Shown here: positions 1 to 9,729 of the stretch, piece after piece
How the letters are laid out: each line of letters opens with the position of its first letter
Position numbering within the stretch: the stretch's first letter is position 1
Source of the DNA: a virus
Taxonomy: Duplodnaviria; Caudoviricetes
DNA length: 25,177 bases
Virus record (IMG/VR): IMGVR_UViG_3300032330_000297
Coordinates: 1 to 25,177 of that record
Reading direction: 5' to 3' (one strand)
Made by a program: the position numbers and the translations under genes
Notes under the pieces: model-generated
What the model saw: the letters and a program-made list of their open reading frames with translations, nothing else
Told to the model about the DNA's origin: nothing
Databases searched by the model: none

Positions 1-1
1 A

Positions 2-1429
2 ATGGCTATAACAGTCAAGCATTTAAAGGTATCAACAATCCCCGATGCTGGGGATGACACACTTGTTGAACCGTCAGATTGGAACGCAGACCATACTTTA
101 ACTGGTACTGTTCCTATTGTTAATGGTGGTACTGGTGCTTCAACTGCTACTGGTGCAATAAATGCTTTATTACCATCACAAGCAGGTAATTCAGGCAAAG
201 TTCTGTCAACTGATGGTACAAACCCTAATTGGATAGCCGCAGGTGGAACTGGCACGGTAACTTCTGTTACTGGAACTGCCCCTGTAAGCGTGGCAACTGG
301 TACTACAACGCCAGTAATTAGTATGGCGGCCGCCAATACATCAACCAATGGTTACCTTACAAGTACCGATTGGAATACATTTAATAGTAAAGGTAGTGGC
401 ACAGTTACTAGCGTAGCGGCTACAGCAGGTACAGGTATTAGCGTAACTGGTAGCCCAATTACTACTAGCGGTACTTTAAACATTACCAATACTGCGCCAG
501 ACCAAACAGTAGTTTTAACTGCTGGTACAGGTATAAGCACTACTGGTACTTACCCTAACTTTACTATTACTAACACCAGCCCATCTTTAGGTGGTGATGT
601 AGTAGGCCCAGCAAGCGCAACTGATAACGCAGTAGCTAGGTTTGATTCCACTACAGGCAAGCTAATTCAAAACAGCGTGGTTATTGTTAGTGATGCAGGC
701 GCAGTTACAGGCGTTACCACATTAGCCGCATCCACAAGCGTTACAACTCCTATAGTTCAAGCTACCAATTCAGGTGGTTTAGCCCTTAAAAACTCCGCAG
801 GAACAACCCAAATTAGCATGGGTGCAGGCGGTGGTGATAATGCTTCAATCAATGTTTCTACCAATATAAATGGTGCAAACGCACAAATTGACATTAGCCC
901 AACAGGTACAGGTCATGTTCATATAAACCCTACTGGCGTTAATTCAATCCAAGTAAATCCTACTTATGTAGGAACAATGGACAATATGACGATTGGTGCT
1001 ACAACACCTAAAAATGGTAGTTTTGTTGATTTAAGCGTTACTGGCACAACTAGCTTTGATGGATCGCAAGGTACAGCAGGTCAAGTATTAACTTCTGCTG
1101 GCACAGGCGCTACGCCTACTTGGACAACACCAACAACAGGCACAGTAACAAGCGTAACAGCCACTAGCCCTATTGCTTCTAGCGGTGGAACTACACCCAA
1201 CCTAACATTAGGTAATGTTCCCGTAACTAATCTCAATAGCGGTACAGGCGCAACATCTAGCACTTATTGGCGTGGTGATGGCACATGGGCATCTGTTAGT
1301 TCTCCTACATTAGTTTTTCCATTTTTTAAAACAAGCGGAACAGCAGATAATATCAATCTCATAAGCAATCTTTTCTTGCCATTTACAAATTTTGCTGGCA
1401 CTTCTAAAAATATTGCATTAATTTCGTAA
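2..1429 (+). CDS. Fibre-like virion protein, Thr/Gly-rich with repeated GTVTSV motifs
   Basis: 475 aa; three GTVTSV(T/A) repeats; GQVLTS-GTGATPTW-type fibre motifs; very high T/G/S/A content. Confidence 0.7.
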   Translation: MAITVKHLKVSTIPDAGDDTLVEPSDWNADHTLTGTVPIVNGGTGASTATGAINALLPSQAGNSGKVLSTDGTNPNWIAAGGTGTVTSVTGTAPVSVATGTTTPVISMAAANTSTNGYLTSTDWNTFNSKGSGTVTSVAATAGTGISVTGSPITTSGTLNITNTAPDQTVVLTAGTGISTTGTYPNFTITNTSPSLGGDVVGPASATDNAVARFDSTTGKLIQNSVVIVSDAGAVTGVTTLAASTSVTTPIVQATNSGGLALKNSAGTTQISMGAGGGDNASINVSTNINGANAQIDISPTGTGHVHINPTGVNSIQVNPTYVGTMDNMTIGATTPKNGSFVDLSVTGTTSFDGSQGTAGQVLTSAGTGATPTWTTPTTGTVTSVTATSPIASSGGTTPNLTLGNVPVTNLNSGTGATSSTYWRGDGTWASVSSPTLVFPFFKTSGTADNINLISNLFLPFTNFAGTSKNIALIS

Positions 1430-1437
1430 GGATAATC

Positions 1438-1842
1438 ATGGTACGGCTAGTCAAATCAATTTACACAGGAAGTGATGTTACTTCTCTTGGGGAAACAGCG
1501 GCAACAGACACTATTGATGGTGTACTTGCCCCACTCATAACAACACTCACCGATGGGGCTACAATTACCCCTGACTTTGCAACTAGCTGTAACTTTACTG
1601 TTACGCTTGGTGGCAATCGAACACTAGCCAATCCTACTGGATTAGTGGCTGGTCAGTCAGGTTCAATTTTTATTGTTCAAGACGGTACAGGCAGTAGAAC
1701 TTTAGCTTATGGTACTTACTACGACTTTATTGGTGGCACAGCCCCAACATTATCTACTGCCGCAAACTCAGTAGACCGCATTGATTACATTGTGCGTTCT
1801 TCTACTTCTATTCACGCAGTCTTTACAGCGAACTATAGCTAA
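1438..1842 (+). CDS. Fibre-associated beta-domain protein
   Basis: 134 aa; TLTDGATI...TLGGNRTLANPT...QDGTGSRTL...GTAPTLST motif typical of phage fibre tip or adaptor domains; AAGGA SD. Confidence 0.6.
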   Translation: MVRLVKSIYTGSDVTSLGETAATDTIDGVLAPLITTLTDGATITPDFATSCNFTVTLGGNRTLANPTGLVAGQSGSIFIVQDGTGSRTLAYGTYYDFIGGTAPTLSTAANSVDRIDYIVRSSTSIHAVFTANYS

Positions 1843-4253
1843 TGGGTATCTACGATAACGCTTTAGCTGGTGCATCTGGTAATCAAGTAACTGGTTATAA
1901 CTTAACTAAATCTTTGCGGTTTAGGGCTAGTGCTTCTGCTTATCTAAATAGAACCCCAGCAAGTGCTGGTAATAGGTCTACATGGACTTACAGCACTTGG
2001 ATTAAAAGAGGAAAACTTGGTGCAGACCAAGGGGTTATTTCTACATATACAGGCACAGCATCAATAAATACGCAATGTGCTTTTACATCAAATGATACTT
2101 TAGATTTTTATGATTACGATGGTAGTGGCTTTTCTTTTAGATTAGTAACTACACAAGTATTTCGTGACCCATCGGCTTGGTATCACATTGTTTTAGTTTT
2201 AGATACAACACAAGCAACATCATCAAATCGTGTAAAAATGTATGTAAATGGGGTGCAAATAACATCATTTAGTACAGCTACATACCCATCATTAAATTAT
2301 GCTTTAGCAGATTGGAATAATAATTCTCCACAAAGAATTAGTGAAGTAAATGGCGCTTATTTTGATGGCTATTTAGCGGAAACAAATAACATTGATGGTC
2401 AAGGATTAACCCCATCATCATTTGGCGAAAACAACGCCACAACAGGCGTATGGCAACCTAAGAAATACACAGGCACATACGGCACTAACGGCTTCTATTT
2501 ACCATTTACCAATACTGCAAGCACATCTACTTTGGGTAACGACTTCTCAGGCAACGGTAATACTTGGACAGTAAACAATGTAAGCCTTACTGCTGGTGCA
2601 ACATACGATTCAATGACAGATGTGCCAACATTGACAAGTGCTACTGTAGCTAACTATTGCGTAATTAATCCTTTAGACAAAGGTACTAACGCTACCGTAG
2701 ATAACGGCAATTTGCGTGTTTATTCTAGTTCTGGTTGGACTTCTAATCGTGGAACTATGACTTACCCTTCAACTGGTAAATACTACTTTGAATGGGTTTA
2801 CACAAGCAATAATCCAGCCGCAATGGTTGGTATTGCAACTTATCAAGCCAACAAAAATGCCCAATTAGGTTCAGATGCTTTTGGTTGGGGATACCACTAT
2901 AGTGGCGATAAATACAATAACAACACAGCAACAGCGTATGGGGCAAGCTACACGACAGGTGATGTAATTGGCGTAGCTTTAGATATGACCGCTGGAACAC
3001 TAACTTTTTATAAAAACAATACAAGCCAAGGTACTGCATTTAGTGGTTTAACTGGGGTGTATTTCCCTGTATCTGCGGTAGCTGGTGCAACTGCCGCTGA
3101 AGGCCCAACAATTAACTTTGGACAACAGCCTTTTGTTTACACACCACCTACAGGCTATAAAGCACTAAACACATATAACCTACCAGACAGCACTATTGTT
3201 GCTGGTAATAAGGTTATGGATGCTACTACTTATAGCGGAACAAGTGCTACGCAAAACATTGTTAATGCTGGCGGTTTTAAACCAGATTTAGTATGGACTA
3301 AATCAAGAACAAATCCAGCATCAGGATATTTAAATATTCTTAGTGACTCTGTTCGTGGTCAGACAAGTGGTTACTACAATAATCTTTATTCTGATGCTAA
3401 TTACTCAGAAAATGTAAGTGGTGGAGTATTACCAGCAGTTCAAGGTGGTATAACAACACTTAATAGCAATGGTTTTACTCTTGCAAGTGGTAGCGGATTA
3501 TCTTATTGGCAAAACGAATCAGGTTATAACTATGTCGGCTGGCAATGGCAAGCTGGACAAGGAACTAACACTACTAATACAAGTGGAACTATTACATCAA
3601 CAGTAAGCGTAAATGCTTCTGCTGGATTTAGTGTTGTTACTTATACTGGTACAGGAACAAATCAAACTGTTGGTCATGGACTTGGTGTTGCTCCAGCTAT
3701 GATTATTGCTAAATCAAGAAATAGCACAGCAAATTGGATTACATACCATCAAAGTACAGGCAAAGATGCGTATATGAATTTAAATACAACCAATGCTTCT
3801 GCTTCTCTTTCAAATTATTGGGGTACATCGGTAAATTCATCCACTTTTGGATTTTTAAGTAATGCCTATGATAATGGCAATGGCAATATGGTTGCCTACT
3901 GCTGGTCAGAAATAGCTGGCTTCTCCCAGTTTGGTAAATACACAGGCAATGGCTCAACTGATGGGCCTTTTGTATATACAGGGTTTAGACCTAAGTTTGT
4001 TTTGATTAAATGCACAAATCTTGCTGGTAGCTTTTGGGTTTTGCAAGATACAACAAGAAATCCTTACAATGTTATGAATTCTGTTTTGTATCCTAATAGT
4101 AATTCAGCAGAGGCTACAACAACTAATATTGATGCTTTGTCAAATGGATTTAAATTAAGAACAATAAATTCAGACTATAACAATAGTGGTAGTGATACAT
4201 ACATCTACATGGCATTTGCCGAAAACCCCTTTAAAAACGCTTTAGCGAGGTAA
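1842..4253 (+). CDS. Large virion adhesin/lectin protein with ConA/LamG-like and SPRY (B30.2-like) domains
   Basis: 803 aa; TWTYSTWIKR...FRDPSAWYHIVL...MYVNG (LamG-like); GKYYFEW...GDVIGVALD...LTFYKN...INFGQQPF (SPRY); TAATG coupling to the upstream gene. Confidence 0.8.
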   Translation: MGIYDNALAGASGNQVTGYNLTKSLRFRASASAYLNRTPASAGNRSTWTYSTWIKRGKLGADQGVISTYTGTASINTQCAFTSNDTLDFYDYDGSGFSFRLVTTQVFRDPSAWYHIVLVLDTTQATSSNRVKMYVNGVQITSFSTATYPSLNYALADWNNNSPQRISEVNGAYFDGYLAETNNIDGQGLTPSSFGENNATTGVWQPKKYTGTYGTNGFYLPFTNTASTSTLGNDFSGNGNTWTVNNVSLTAGATYDSMTDVPTLTSATVANYCVINPLDKGTNATVDNGNLRVYSSSGWTSNRGTMTYPSTGKYYFEWVYTSNNPAAMVGIATYQANKNAQLGSDAFGWGYHYSGDKYNNNTATAYGASYTTGDVIGVALDMTAGTLTFYKNNTSQGTAFSGLTGVYFPVSAVAGATAAEGPTINFGQQPFVYTPPTGYKALNTYNLPDSTIVAGNKVMDATTYSGTSATQNIVNAGGFKPDLVWTKSRTNPASGYLNILSDSVRGQTSGYYNNLYSDANYSENVSGGVLPAVQGGITTLNSNGFTLASGSGLSYWQNESGYNYVGWQWQAGQGTNTTNTSGTITSTVSVNASAGFSVVTYTGTGTNQTVGHGLGVAPAMIIAKSRNSTANWITYHQSTGKDAYMNLNTTNASASLSNYWGTSVNSSTFGFLSNAYDNGNGNMVAYCWSEIAGFSQFGKYTGNGSTDGPFVYTGFRPKFVLIKCTNLAGSFWVLQDTTRNPYNVMNSVLYPNSNSAEATTTNIDALSNGFKLRTINSDYNNSGSDTYIYMAFAENPFKNALAR

Positions 4254-4255
4254 TT

Positions 4256-4780
4256 ATGTTTTATTCAAAATCTGACGGTCAATACATTCAAGAAGGCAAT
4301 GCCTTTACCATTGATGGTGTGCAATATCCACAAAACTGGTTAAATCTGTCAACGCCAGAACAAAAAGCTGAAATTGGCTTAGAAGAAGTTATTGCTACTA
4401 ATAGCCCTGCAAATGACCAATATTACTGGGTTAGCACAGAGTTAAATCAAGCAACTTTGACCTATGTAAACACGCCAAAAGACCTTACAGGCGTTAAAAC
4501 CAATGAAATTAACCAAGTGCTTGCTAGTGCATATTCTTTGCTTCAGCCAAATGATTGGATGGTTGTAAAGGCATTTGAAACTAGCACAGCCATTAACCCT
4601 GATTGGAATACTTGGAGAGCATCTATCCGTGCCACAGCAGATAGCACCCGTACAGCCATTACAGGTGCGGCAGATGTATCAGCGGTTGAAACAATCATGA
4701 ATTCTATTGTTTGGCCTAAATCACCTACACAAGTTGCTTCAGAATTAGCGCAAACAGAAGAAGAAATACCAGTAGCCTAA
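4256..4780 (+). CDS. Putative fibre assembly chaperone
   Basis: 174 aa; YPQNWL and LLQPNDWMVVK...W..WRASIR...WP motifs as in tail-fibre assembly proteins; follows the fibre genes. Confidence 0.6.
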   Translation: MFYSKSDGQYIQEGNAFTIDGVQYPQNWLNLSTPEQKAEIGLEEVIATNSPANDQYYWVSTELNQATLTYVNTPKDLTGVKTNEINQVLASAYSLLQPNDWMVVKAFETSTAINPDWNTWRASIRATADSTRTAITGAADVSAVETIMNSIVWPKSPTQVASELAQTEEEIPVA

Positions 4781-5259
4781 TGTTTGCAACTGCTTTCCAA
4801 GCTAATGCGTTTCAAAATAACGCTTTCCAAATATATGGAGAACCGCCAGCACCTACGGGTAGAACTGGTGGTGATGATGCTTGGATCACGCAGGAAGAAG
4901 TACGCAGAATCCAGAAGATTCAACAAAAGATTTCTGAAAGAGAACGCAAGTTAGAGCAAGCAACCAAAGATGCCAAGGATTCACGCAAGCAAGCATTTAA
5001 GGATTTAATTGATCCTGTTGCTAAAGTTAAGCAAACTAAAGTACAATCAAAACAAGAGGTTAAAGCTGATATACCGTTAGCTGAAACAGAAGAATTACAA
5101 CGGTCAATAAGCTACCTTGAAAGACAACGGGATAACATCCTTGCGGCAGTAGCTTACAGACAAGAGGTTGCAAACATTGAAATGCAACTAAGGGTAATGG
5201 AAGCCAAACGCCAAGAGGAACTTGACGATGAGGCCGCACTATTACTACTGCTCCACTAA
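4780..5259 (+). CDS. Hypothetical coiled-coil phage protein (N-terminal AFQxN repeats, C-terminal DDEAALLLLLH)
   Basis: 159 aa ORF, TAATG-coupled; helical charged core. Confidence 0.7.
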   Translation: MFATAFQANAFQNNAFQIYGEPPAPTGRTGGDDAWITQEEVRRIQKIQQKISERERKLEQATKDAKDSRKQAFKDLIDPVAKVKQTKVQSKQEVKADIPLAETEELQRSISYLERQRDNILAAVAYRQEVANIEMQLRVMEAKRQEELDDEAALLLLLH

Positions 5260-6149
5260 ATCCGCACACGGAATATAAGAAGGCTTACGAACACCTACAC
5301 GCTGGGCGTTTAGATGCTGGTTTTAGATTGTTTGAGTACCGCTGGCATCCTGAAGTAATGGCTAACCAAATTGCTGGGTACGCTAAACCCATGAAAATGC
5401 CCGTATGGAGAGGTGAAAGCCTGCTAGGGAAAACCATAACAATTGTTGTAGAGCAAGGTTTTGGTGACATTATTCAATATGCTAGGTTTTTACCTTTTTT
5501 AAAAGTTATGGGTGCAAAAAAGGTAGTGATGCTCCAACAAGGATCGTTACACCACTTGCTTGGCCAACTAGATTGCATAGATACCTTCACAAATATGCCA
5601 GAAGAAGGTGTTGCTGTTGAATCAGACTATTGGTTAGGCATTATTTCCCTGCCTTATTACATTAGCCTAGCCCCAGCTTACGCTAAAGCCCTATTTCCGC
5701 TGTCAATTAAGAAGATTGTTGGCTCTGAAGGCTATTTAGATGCTATTCCAAGCAACATTCCTAAGAAAATAGGCGTTAATTGGTCTACTTCTAAGGGAAT
5801 TTTGCATTATGTCCGCACCTTAAACCCTGAAATAATGCTTCAAGCCGTTGGTGACGATGCTTATTCCCTAAATGTAGAAGAAGATAAGTTTTGGACACCA
5901 CTTCCTAACGATGGTTGGAAGCAAGATTGGGCTAAAACTGCAAGCCATTTAAAGGCTCTTAAAGGCTTGGTAACGGTAGATACAGGCATAGCCCACTTAG
6001 CTGGTGCTTTGGGCGTTAGAACTATTGTAATCATGCCTAGGAAAGAATTTAAGTGTTGGCGTTGGAAACACGGCACTTGGTACAACTCTGTAGTAACAAT
6101 CGAAGAAGATGAGATGGACAAAATACCTGAAATCATAAGGAGAATGTAA
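5241..6149 (+). CDS. Glycosyltransferase, TPR-associated GT9/heptosyltransferase-like (start uncertain: ATT 5241 or TTG 5328)
   Basis: EQGFGDIIQYARF and LVTVDTGIAHLAGALG motifs; the frame is open from 5232 and encodes family-like sequence (HLHAGRLDAGFRLFEYRW) upstream of the TTG. Confidence 0.8.
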   Translation: MTTAPLNPHTEYKKAYEHLHAGRLDAGFRLFEYRWHPEVMANQIAGYAKPMKMPVWRGESLLGKTITIVVEQGFGDIIQYARFLPFLKVMGAKKVVMLQQGSLHHLLGQLDCIDTFTNMPEEGVAVESDYWLGIISLPYYISLAPAYAKALFPLSIKKIVGSEGYLDAIPSNIPKKIGVNWSTSKGILHYVRTLNPEIMLQAVGDDAYSLNVEEDKFWTPLPNDGWKQDWAKTASHLKALKGLVTVDTGIAHLAGALGVRTIVIMPRKEFKCWRWKHGTWYNSVVTIEEDEMDKIPEIIRRM

Positions 6150-6520
6150 TGCTTTGCCCAAAATGCGGATATTCCGAAGGAAACCACTTAGAAGCCGTAA
6201 AAACTGATGAAGAATTCTTTTTAGAATGGTGGACACCGACTATTGGTGAAGAAGCCGCCAAAGCATCATGGCAAGACAAACTAGCTATGAAGTCTAGGGT
6301 AGCCCCTGCAATCATGCCAGACATTCAGGGCCACATAAGCATGGCTGATGGCACTTGGGTATCTTCCAGATCAAAGCACCGTGAAAACCTAAAACGCAAC
6401 AATTGTATTGAAATAGGCAACGATGTGTCTTTTGAGCAAAAAAAGCCTGAATTTAGTCGTAAAGAACAAGAAGCCCGTAAGCGTGAAATTGCGGAAATTA
6501 CCTATGCAAAACTTAGATAA
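6149..6520 (+). CDS. Conserved phage protein with N-terminal CxxCG knuckle (FmdB-like zinc-ribbon remnant)
   Basis: 123 aa; CPKCG and SSRSKHRENLKRNNCIEIGND; lies directly before the scaffold gene. Confidence 0.55.
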   Translation: MLCPKCGYSEGNHLEAVKTDEEFFLEWWTPTIGEEAAKASWQDKLAMKSRVAPAIMPDIQGHISMADGTWVSSRSKHRENLKRNNCIEIGNDVSFEQKKPEFSRKEQEARKREIAEITYAKLR

Positions 6521-6530
6521 GGAGCAGTAA

Positions 6531-7631
6531 ATGAGTGATGACCGCAGAGAAATGCTAGAAGCCGCTTTAGAACAAGCCGAAGAAGGCACACTAGAAACCC
6601 CTGTTGAAAAGGAGATAGAAGTAAATGACGATCCAATCCAAACCGAAAACGCCAGCGAAGAAGAAGCCAGCCCTGAAGAAAGCAACAACCGTGACGAAAA
6701 GGGTCGTTTCAAAAGCAATGCCAAAGAAACCAGTAGCCAAGACGATACCGTTGAAGAATCTGAGCCTGTGGCAGAAGTTACTGATGAAGTTCAAGAAGAA
6801 GTAAAACGCCCTACAACTTGGAAAAAAGAGTATGTTGATGTATGGGAGAAGATGAAGGGCGGCAAACCGCTAGATGAAAAAGAATTTGCTAAATTTGCAG
6901 AATATGCCAATCAACGCGAATCTGAGTACAAAAAAGGCGTATCTGCTTATAAGAATGAAGCTGACAATGCTCGCCAATTAACCGAAGCTATTGGTCAATT
7001 TGCCCCTGAATTGCAACAACAAGGTATTCATCCTGTAGCTTGGATCAACAACCTTGGCCGCGCCCACATGATTTTAACCAAAGCACCCTACGATCAGAAG
7101 GTGCAGATGTTCCATAGACTTGCACAAGATTATGGAATACAATTGAATTCAGATAGCGTACAAACGCCAGAACAGGCGTATGTAGATCCGTATCAACAGC
7201 AGTTAATGCAACAACTTCAAGCTACTCAGCAACAAGTTCAGCAACTGTCAGCGATACGGGAACAAGAAGAAAATGCTCGATTGACTAATGAAATCAGTCG
7301 GGTTAGTAGTGACAAAGAGCGGTTTCCGCACTTTGAAATGGTACGGGAAGATATGGCTCAATTACTTGAGCGAGGTTTAGCCCCAAACCTAGAAACGGCT
7401 TATGCCAAAGCAGTGCGTATGAATGATGAAGCGTTCAAGCTGGAACAAGAAAAACTCTTGAGATCAGCAGGTTCACAAGCATCTAAGGCACAGCAAGTAG
7501 CAAAAGCTAAAGCAACTGCGGTTAGTCCACGATCCGTTACACCTAGCGGTCAAGTGAGTAAAGCAGATGCAAAGGATAGACGATCCTTGCTGATGGCTAA
7601 TTTAGCCGATGCAGAGGGTGGTCGGGTTTAA
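6531..7631 (+). CDS. Capsid scaffolding protein
   Basis: 366 aa; acidic disordered N-terminus with RDEKGRF, Q-rich helical core; immediately upstream of the capsid gene; strong SD TAAGGAG. Confidence 0.8.
   Translation: MSDDRREMLEAALEQAEEGTLETPVEKEIEVNDDPIQTENASEEEASPEESNNRDEKGRFKSNAKETSSQDDTVEESEPVAEVTDEVQEEVKRPTTWKKEYVDVWEKMKGGKPLDEKEFAKFAEYANQRESEYKKGVSAYKNEADNARQLTEAIGQFAPELQQQGIHPVAWINNLGRAHMILTKAPYDQKVQMFHRLAQDYGIQLNSDSVQTPEQAYVDPYQQQLMQQLQATQQQVQQLSAIREQEENARLTNEISRVSSDKERFPHFEMVREDMAQLLERGLAPNLETAYAKAVRMNDEAFKLEQEKLLRSAGSQASKAQQVAKAKATAVSPRSVTPSGQVSKADAKDRRSLLMANLADAEGGRV
7115..7143 (+). promoter_or_regulatory. Possible internal sigma70-type promoter upstream of the capsid gene
   Basis: TAGACT-17 nt-TACAAT inside the scaffold gene; sequence match only. 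Confidence 0.25.
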
Positions 7632-7654
7632 CTTAATCTAATAAAGGAAATATC

Positions 7655-8635
7655 ATGGCATTCGCAAATAGCGCAATCACCGATATTATCGCTACTACCA
7701 TTCAAAGCCGTAGCGGAGTATTGGCAGACAACTTAACACAAAACAACGCAATCCTACAGCGTCTTAACTCTAAAGGTAATGTTCGGCCCTTTTCAGGCGG
7801 AAATGTAATCTTAGAGGAGATAATGTATAATGACCCAAATACTAATAATGCTAACTCGTATAGTGGCTACGAAGTATTAAACATTACGCCTGACAGCCCC
7901 ATCAGTGCGGCTCAGTTCAGCATCACTCAGTACGCTGATTCAGTAACAATGTCTGGTTTAGAAATGTTGCAGAACTCAAGCAAAGAAGCAATCATCGACC
8001 TGTTAGATGGCCGTATGCAAGTTTCCGAAGCTCGCTTGTTAAACCGTATTTCTACTGACCTTTATGGTGACGGTACAGGTAACGGTGGAAAAAACATTAC
8101 GGGATTGGCCGCGGCTATTAGTACTTCTCCTTCGTCTGGAACGTACGGTGGCATCAATAGAGCTAACTGGGATTTCTGGCGTAATCAAGCAACAACTGGT
8201 GCTGACACATCCGCTTTGATCCAAGCCGCAATGACTACAGCCGCTATCAAGTCCGTTCGTGGAACTGATAAAACTGATTTAATCATTGCTGGTAACACTT
8301 TGTATCAACGCTATGTTGCATCCTTACAAGCTATTCAGCGTATTGCTGGTGTTGAAGAAGGTGCGGCTGGTTTTGCTTCACTCAAGTTCTACGGTGGCGG
8401 TATGTCTGCTGATGTGGTATTAGGTGGTGGTATTGGCGCACAAGAAAACGCATTGTATATGTACTTCTTGAACACTAATTACATCTTCTTCCGCCCACAC
8501 AAAGAGCGTAATTTCGTTCCTATCGGTGGCGAGCGCCAGTCAATCAACCAAGATGCAATCGTGAAGTTATACGGTTGGGCTGGTAATTTGACTTGTTCAA
8601 ACAGCCAATTACAAGGCGTGTTGACAGGTTCTTAA
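7655..8635 (+). CDS. Major capsid protein
   Basis: 326 aa; ATTIQSRS..LADN...NNAIL N-terminus and YGDGTG...ITGL, YGGINRA motifs; biased codon usage; position after the scaffold gene. Confidence 0.9.
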   Translation: MAFANSAITDIIATTIQSRSGVLADNLTQNNAILQRLNSKGNVRPFSGGNVILEEIMYNDPNTNNANSYSGYEVLNITPDSPISAAQFSITQYADSVTMSGLEMLQNSSKEAIIDLLDGRMQVSEARLLNRISTDLYGDGTGNGGKNITGLAAAISTSPSSGTYGGINRANWDFWRNQATTGADTSALIQAAMTTAAIKSVRGTDKTDLIIAGNTLYQRYVASLQAIQRIAGVEEGAAGFASLKFYGGGMSADVVLGGGIGAQENALYMYFLNTNYIFFRPHKERNFVPIGGERQSINQDAIVKLYGWAGNLTCSNSQLQGVLTGS

Positions 8636-8678
8636 TCGAATCTATTAACTCAACTTAACTAATAGAAAAGGAATTATC

Positions 8679-8975
8679 ATGGCATATTCAACCCTACCCA
8701 TCGCAGGTGTAGACCTTGTAGATACACAAACCGTAGTCGAATTGACTGCACAAGGCACTCCAGCTTCTACTGGCCCATTGGGCTTGCAAACTTTTGGTAA
8801 CGATGGTTTGCGTTATGTTTGGGCAGTAGCAGGTGCGGCTATTACAGCTTCAACAGCTACTTGTTCAGTAAACGCTTCAACCTTTGTAGCTACCGCTTCT
8901 GCTGGCACTTACTTGTCACCAGCAGTCGCAATGGCTTCTGGCGATTACGGCTGGTTTAGCAAGGCTTCAGTTTGA
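8679..8975 (+). CDS. Putative capsid decoration (cement) protein
   Basis: 98 aa, Ala/Thr-rich, G.DG..YVW and GDYGWF motifs; between the capsid gene and the terminator. Confidence 0.65.
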   Translation: MAYSTLPIAGVDLVDTQTVVELTAQGTPASTGPLGLQTFGNDGLRYVWAVAGAAITASTATCSVNASTFVATASAGTYLSPAVAMASGDYGWFSKASV

Positions 8976-9006
8976 TTAGCTTAAAACGCTAAAATGTAGT
9001 AAAAAC

Positions 9007-9045
9007 AAGGGGTTGGCTCAAAAGGCTGACCCCTTTTTTCTTTTT
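9007..9045 (+). terminator. Rho-independent terminator after the capsid/decoration genes
   Basis: Stem AAGGGGTTGGCT/GGCTGACCCCTT, loop CAAAA, followed by a T-tract. Confidence 0.85.
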
Positions 9046-9077
9046 AACCTTTACCTAACTACTTAGGAGATTTAAAA

Positions 9078-9728
9078 ATGGCTTTACCTTCAGACGAAAA
9101 CAATGCAGATTCACGCTTACAAGTACGCTTTTACAAAAAACCCGTACATCAAGAGCAAGAATCATTAGAGGCTGGCAGACCAATTTACAAAGAATTTGAC
9201 TTTGTACACATTTGCGTTGCTGGCGATACCCTAACCGAAATTGACACTTTTGCACTGCAACAACATAAACAGCGTTTCCCAATCCAATGGGCAAACTACA
9301 TGAATCGTGTAGGTGCAAACGATGAAGAAGTGGTTGGAACACCTGTATCAGAATGGCCTTTAGTATCAAAAAGCCAAGCTGAAGAACTACGGGCAATGAA
9401 ATTCCACACGGTAGAATCTATTGCAAATGCTTCGGATCAGCAATTACAGCGCATGGGTATGGCGGCAGGAATGTCACCGTATGCGTTCCGCGATAAGGCA
9501 AAGGCTTTTTTAAATCTAGCAACAACTTCTGCTGAAACAGATAAGCGTGAACAAGAAATTAACGCTTTAAAAGAAGAACTTGCCAAAAAAGATTTAGAAA
9601 CTGTTAAAATGAAAGCAGAAACAGATGCAAAGCTGGCTCAAATGCAAGATCAGATGGCCGCTATACTTGCCGCTGTTGGTGAAAAGAAACCCCGTAAACA
9701 GAAAACGGTAGCCACAGAGGAAGCCTAA
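9078..9728 (+). CDS. Conserved phage morphogenesis-region protein with C-terminal coiled coil
   Basis: 216 aa; AGGAG SD; function not assignable. Confidence 0.7.
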   Translation: MALPSDENNADSRLQVRFYKKPVHQEQESLEAGRPIYKEFDFVHICVAGDTLTEIDTFALQQHKQRFPIQWANYMNRVGANDEEVVGTPVSEWPLVSKSQAEELRAMKFHTVESIANASDQQLQRMGMAAGMSPYAFRDKAKAFLNLATTSAETDKREQEINALKEELAKKDLETVKMKAETDAKLAQMQDQMAAILAAVGEKKPRKQKTVATEEA

Positions 9729-9729
9729 A

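Noticed and set aside
1842-4253. Diversity-generating retroelement target
   Set aside because: No reverse transcriptase and no template/variable repeat pair seen in the window.
8645-8672. TTAAC-N4-CTTAA and ATAGAAAAGGA before the decoration gene
   Set aside because: One-mismatch site in AT-rich DNA without promoter boxes; lacks the GTGAG core; probably just an A-rich SD region.
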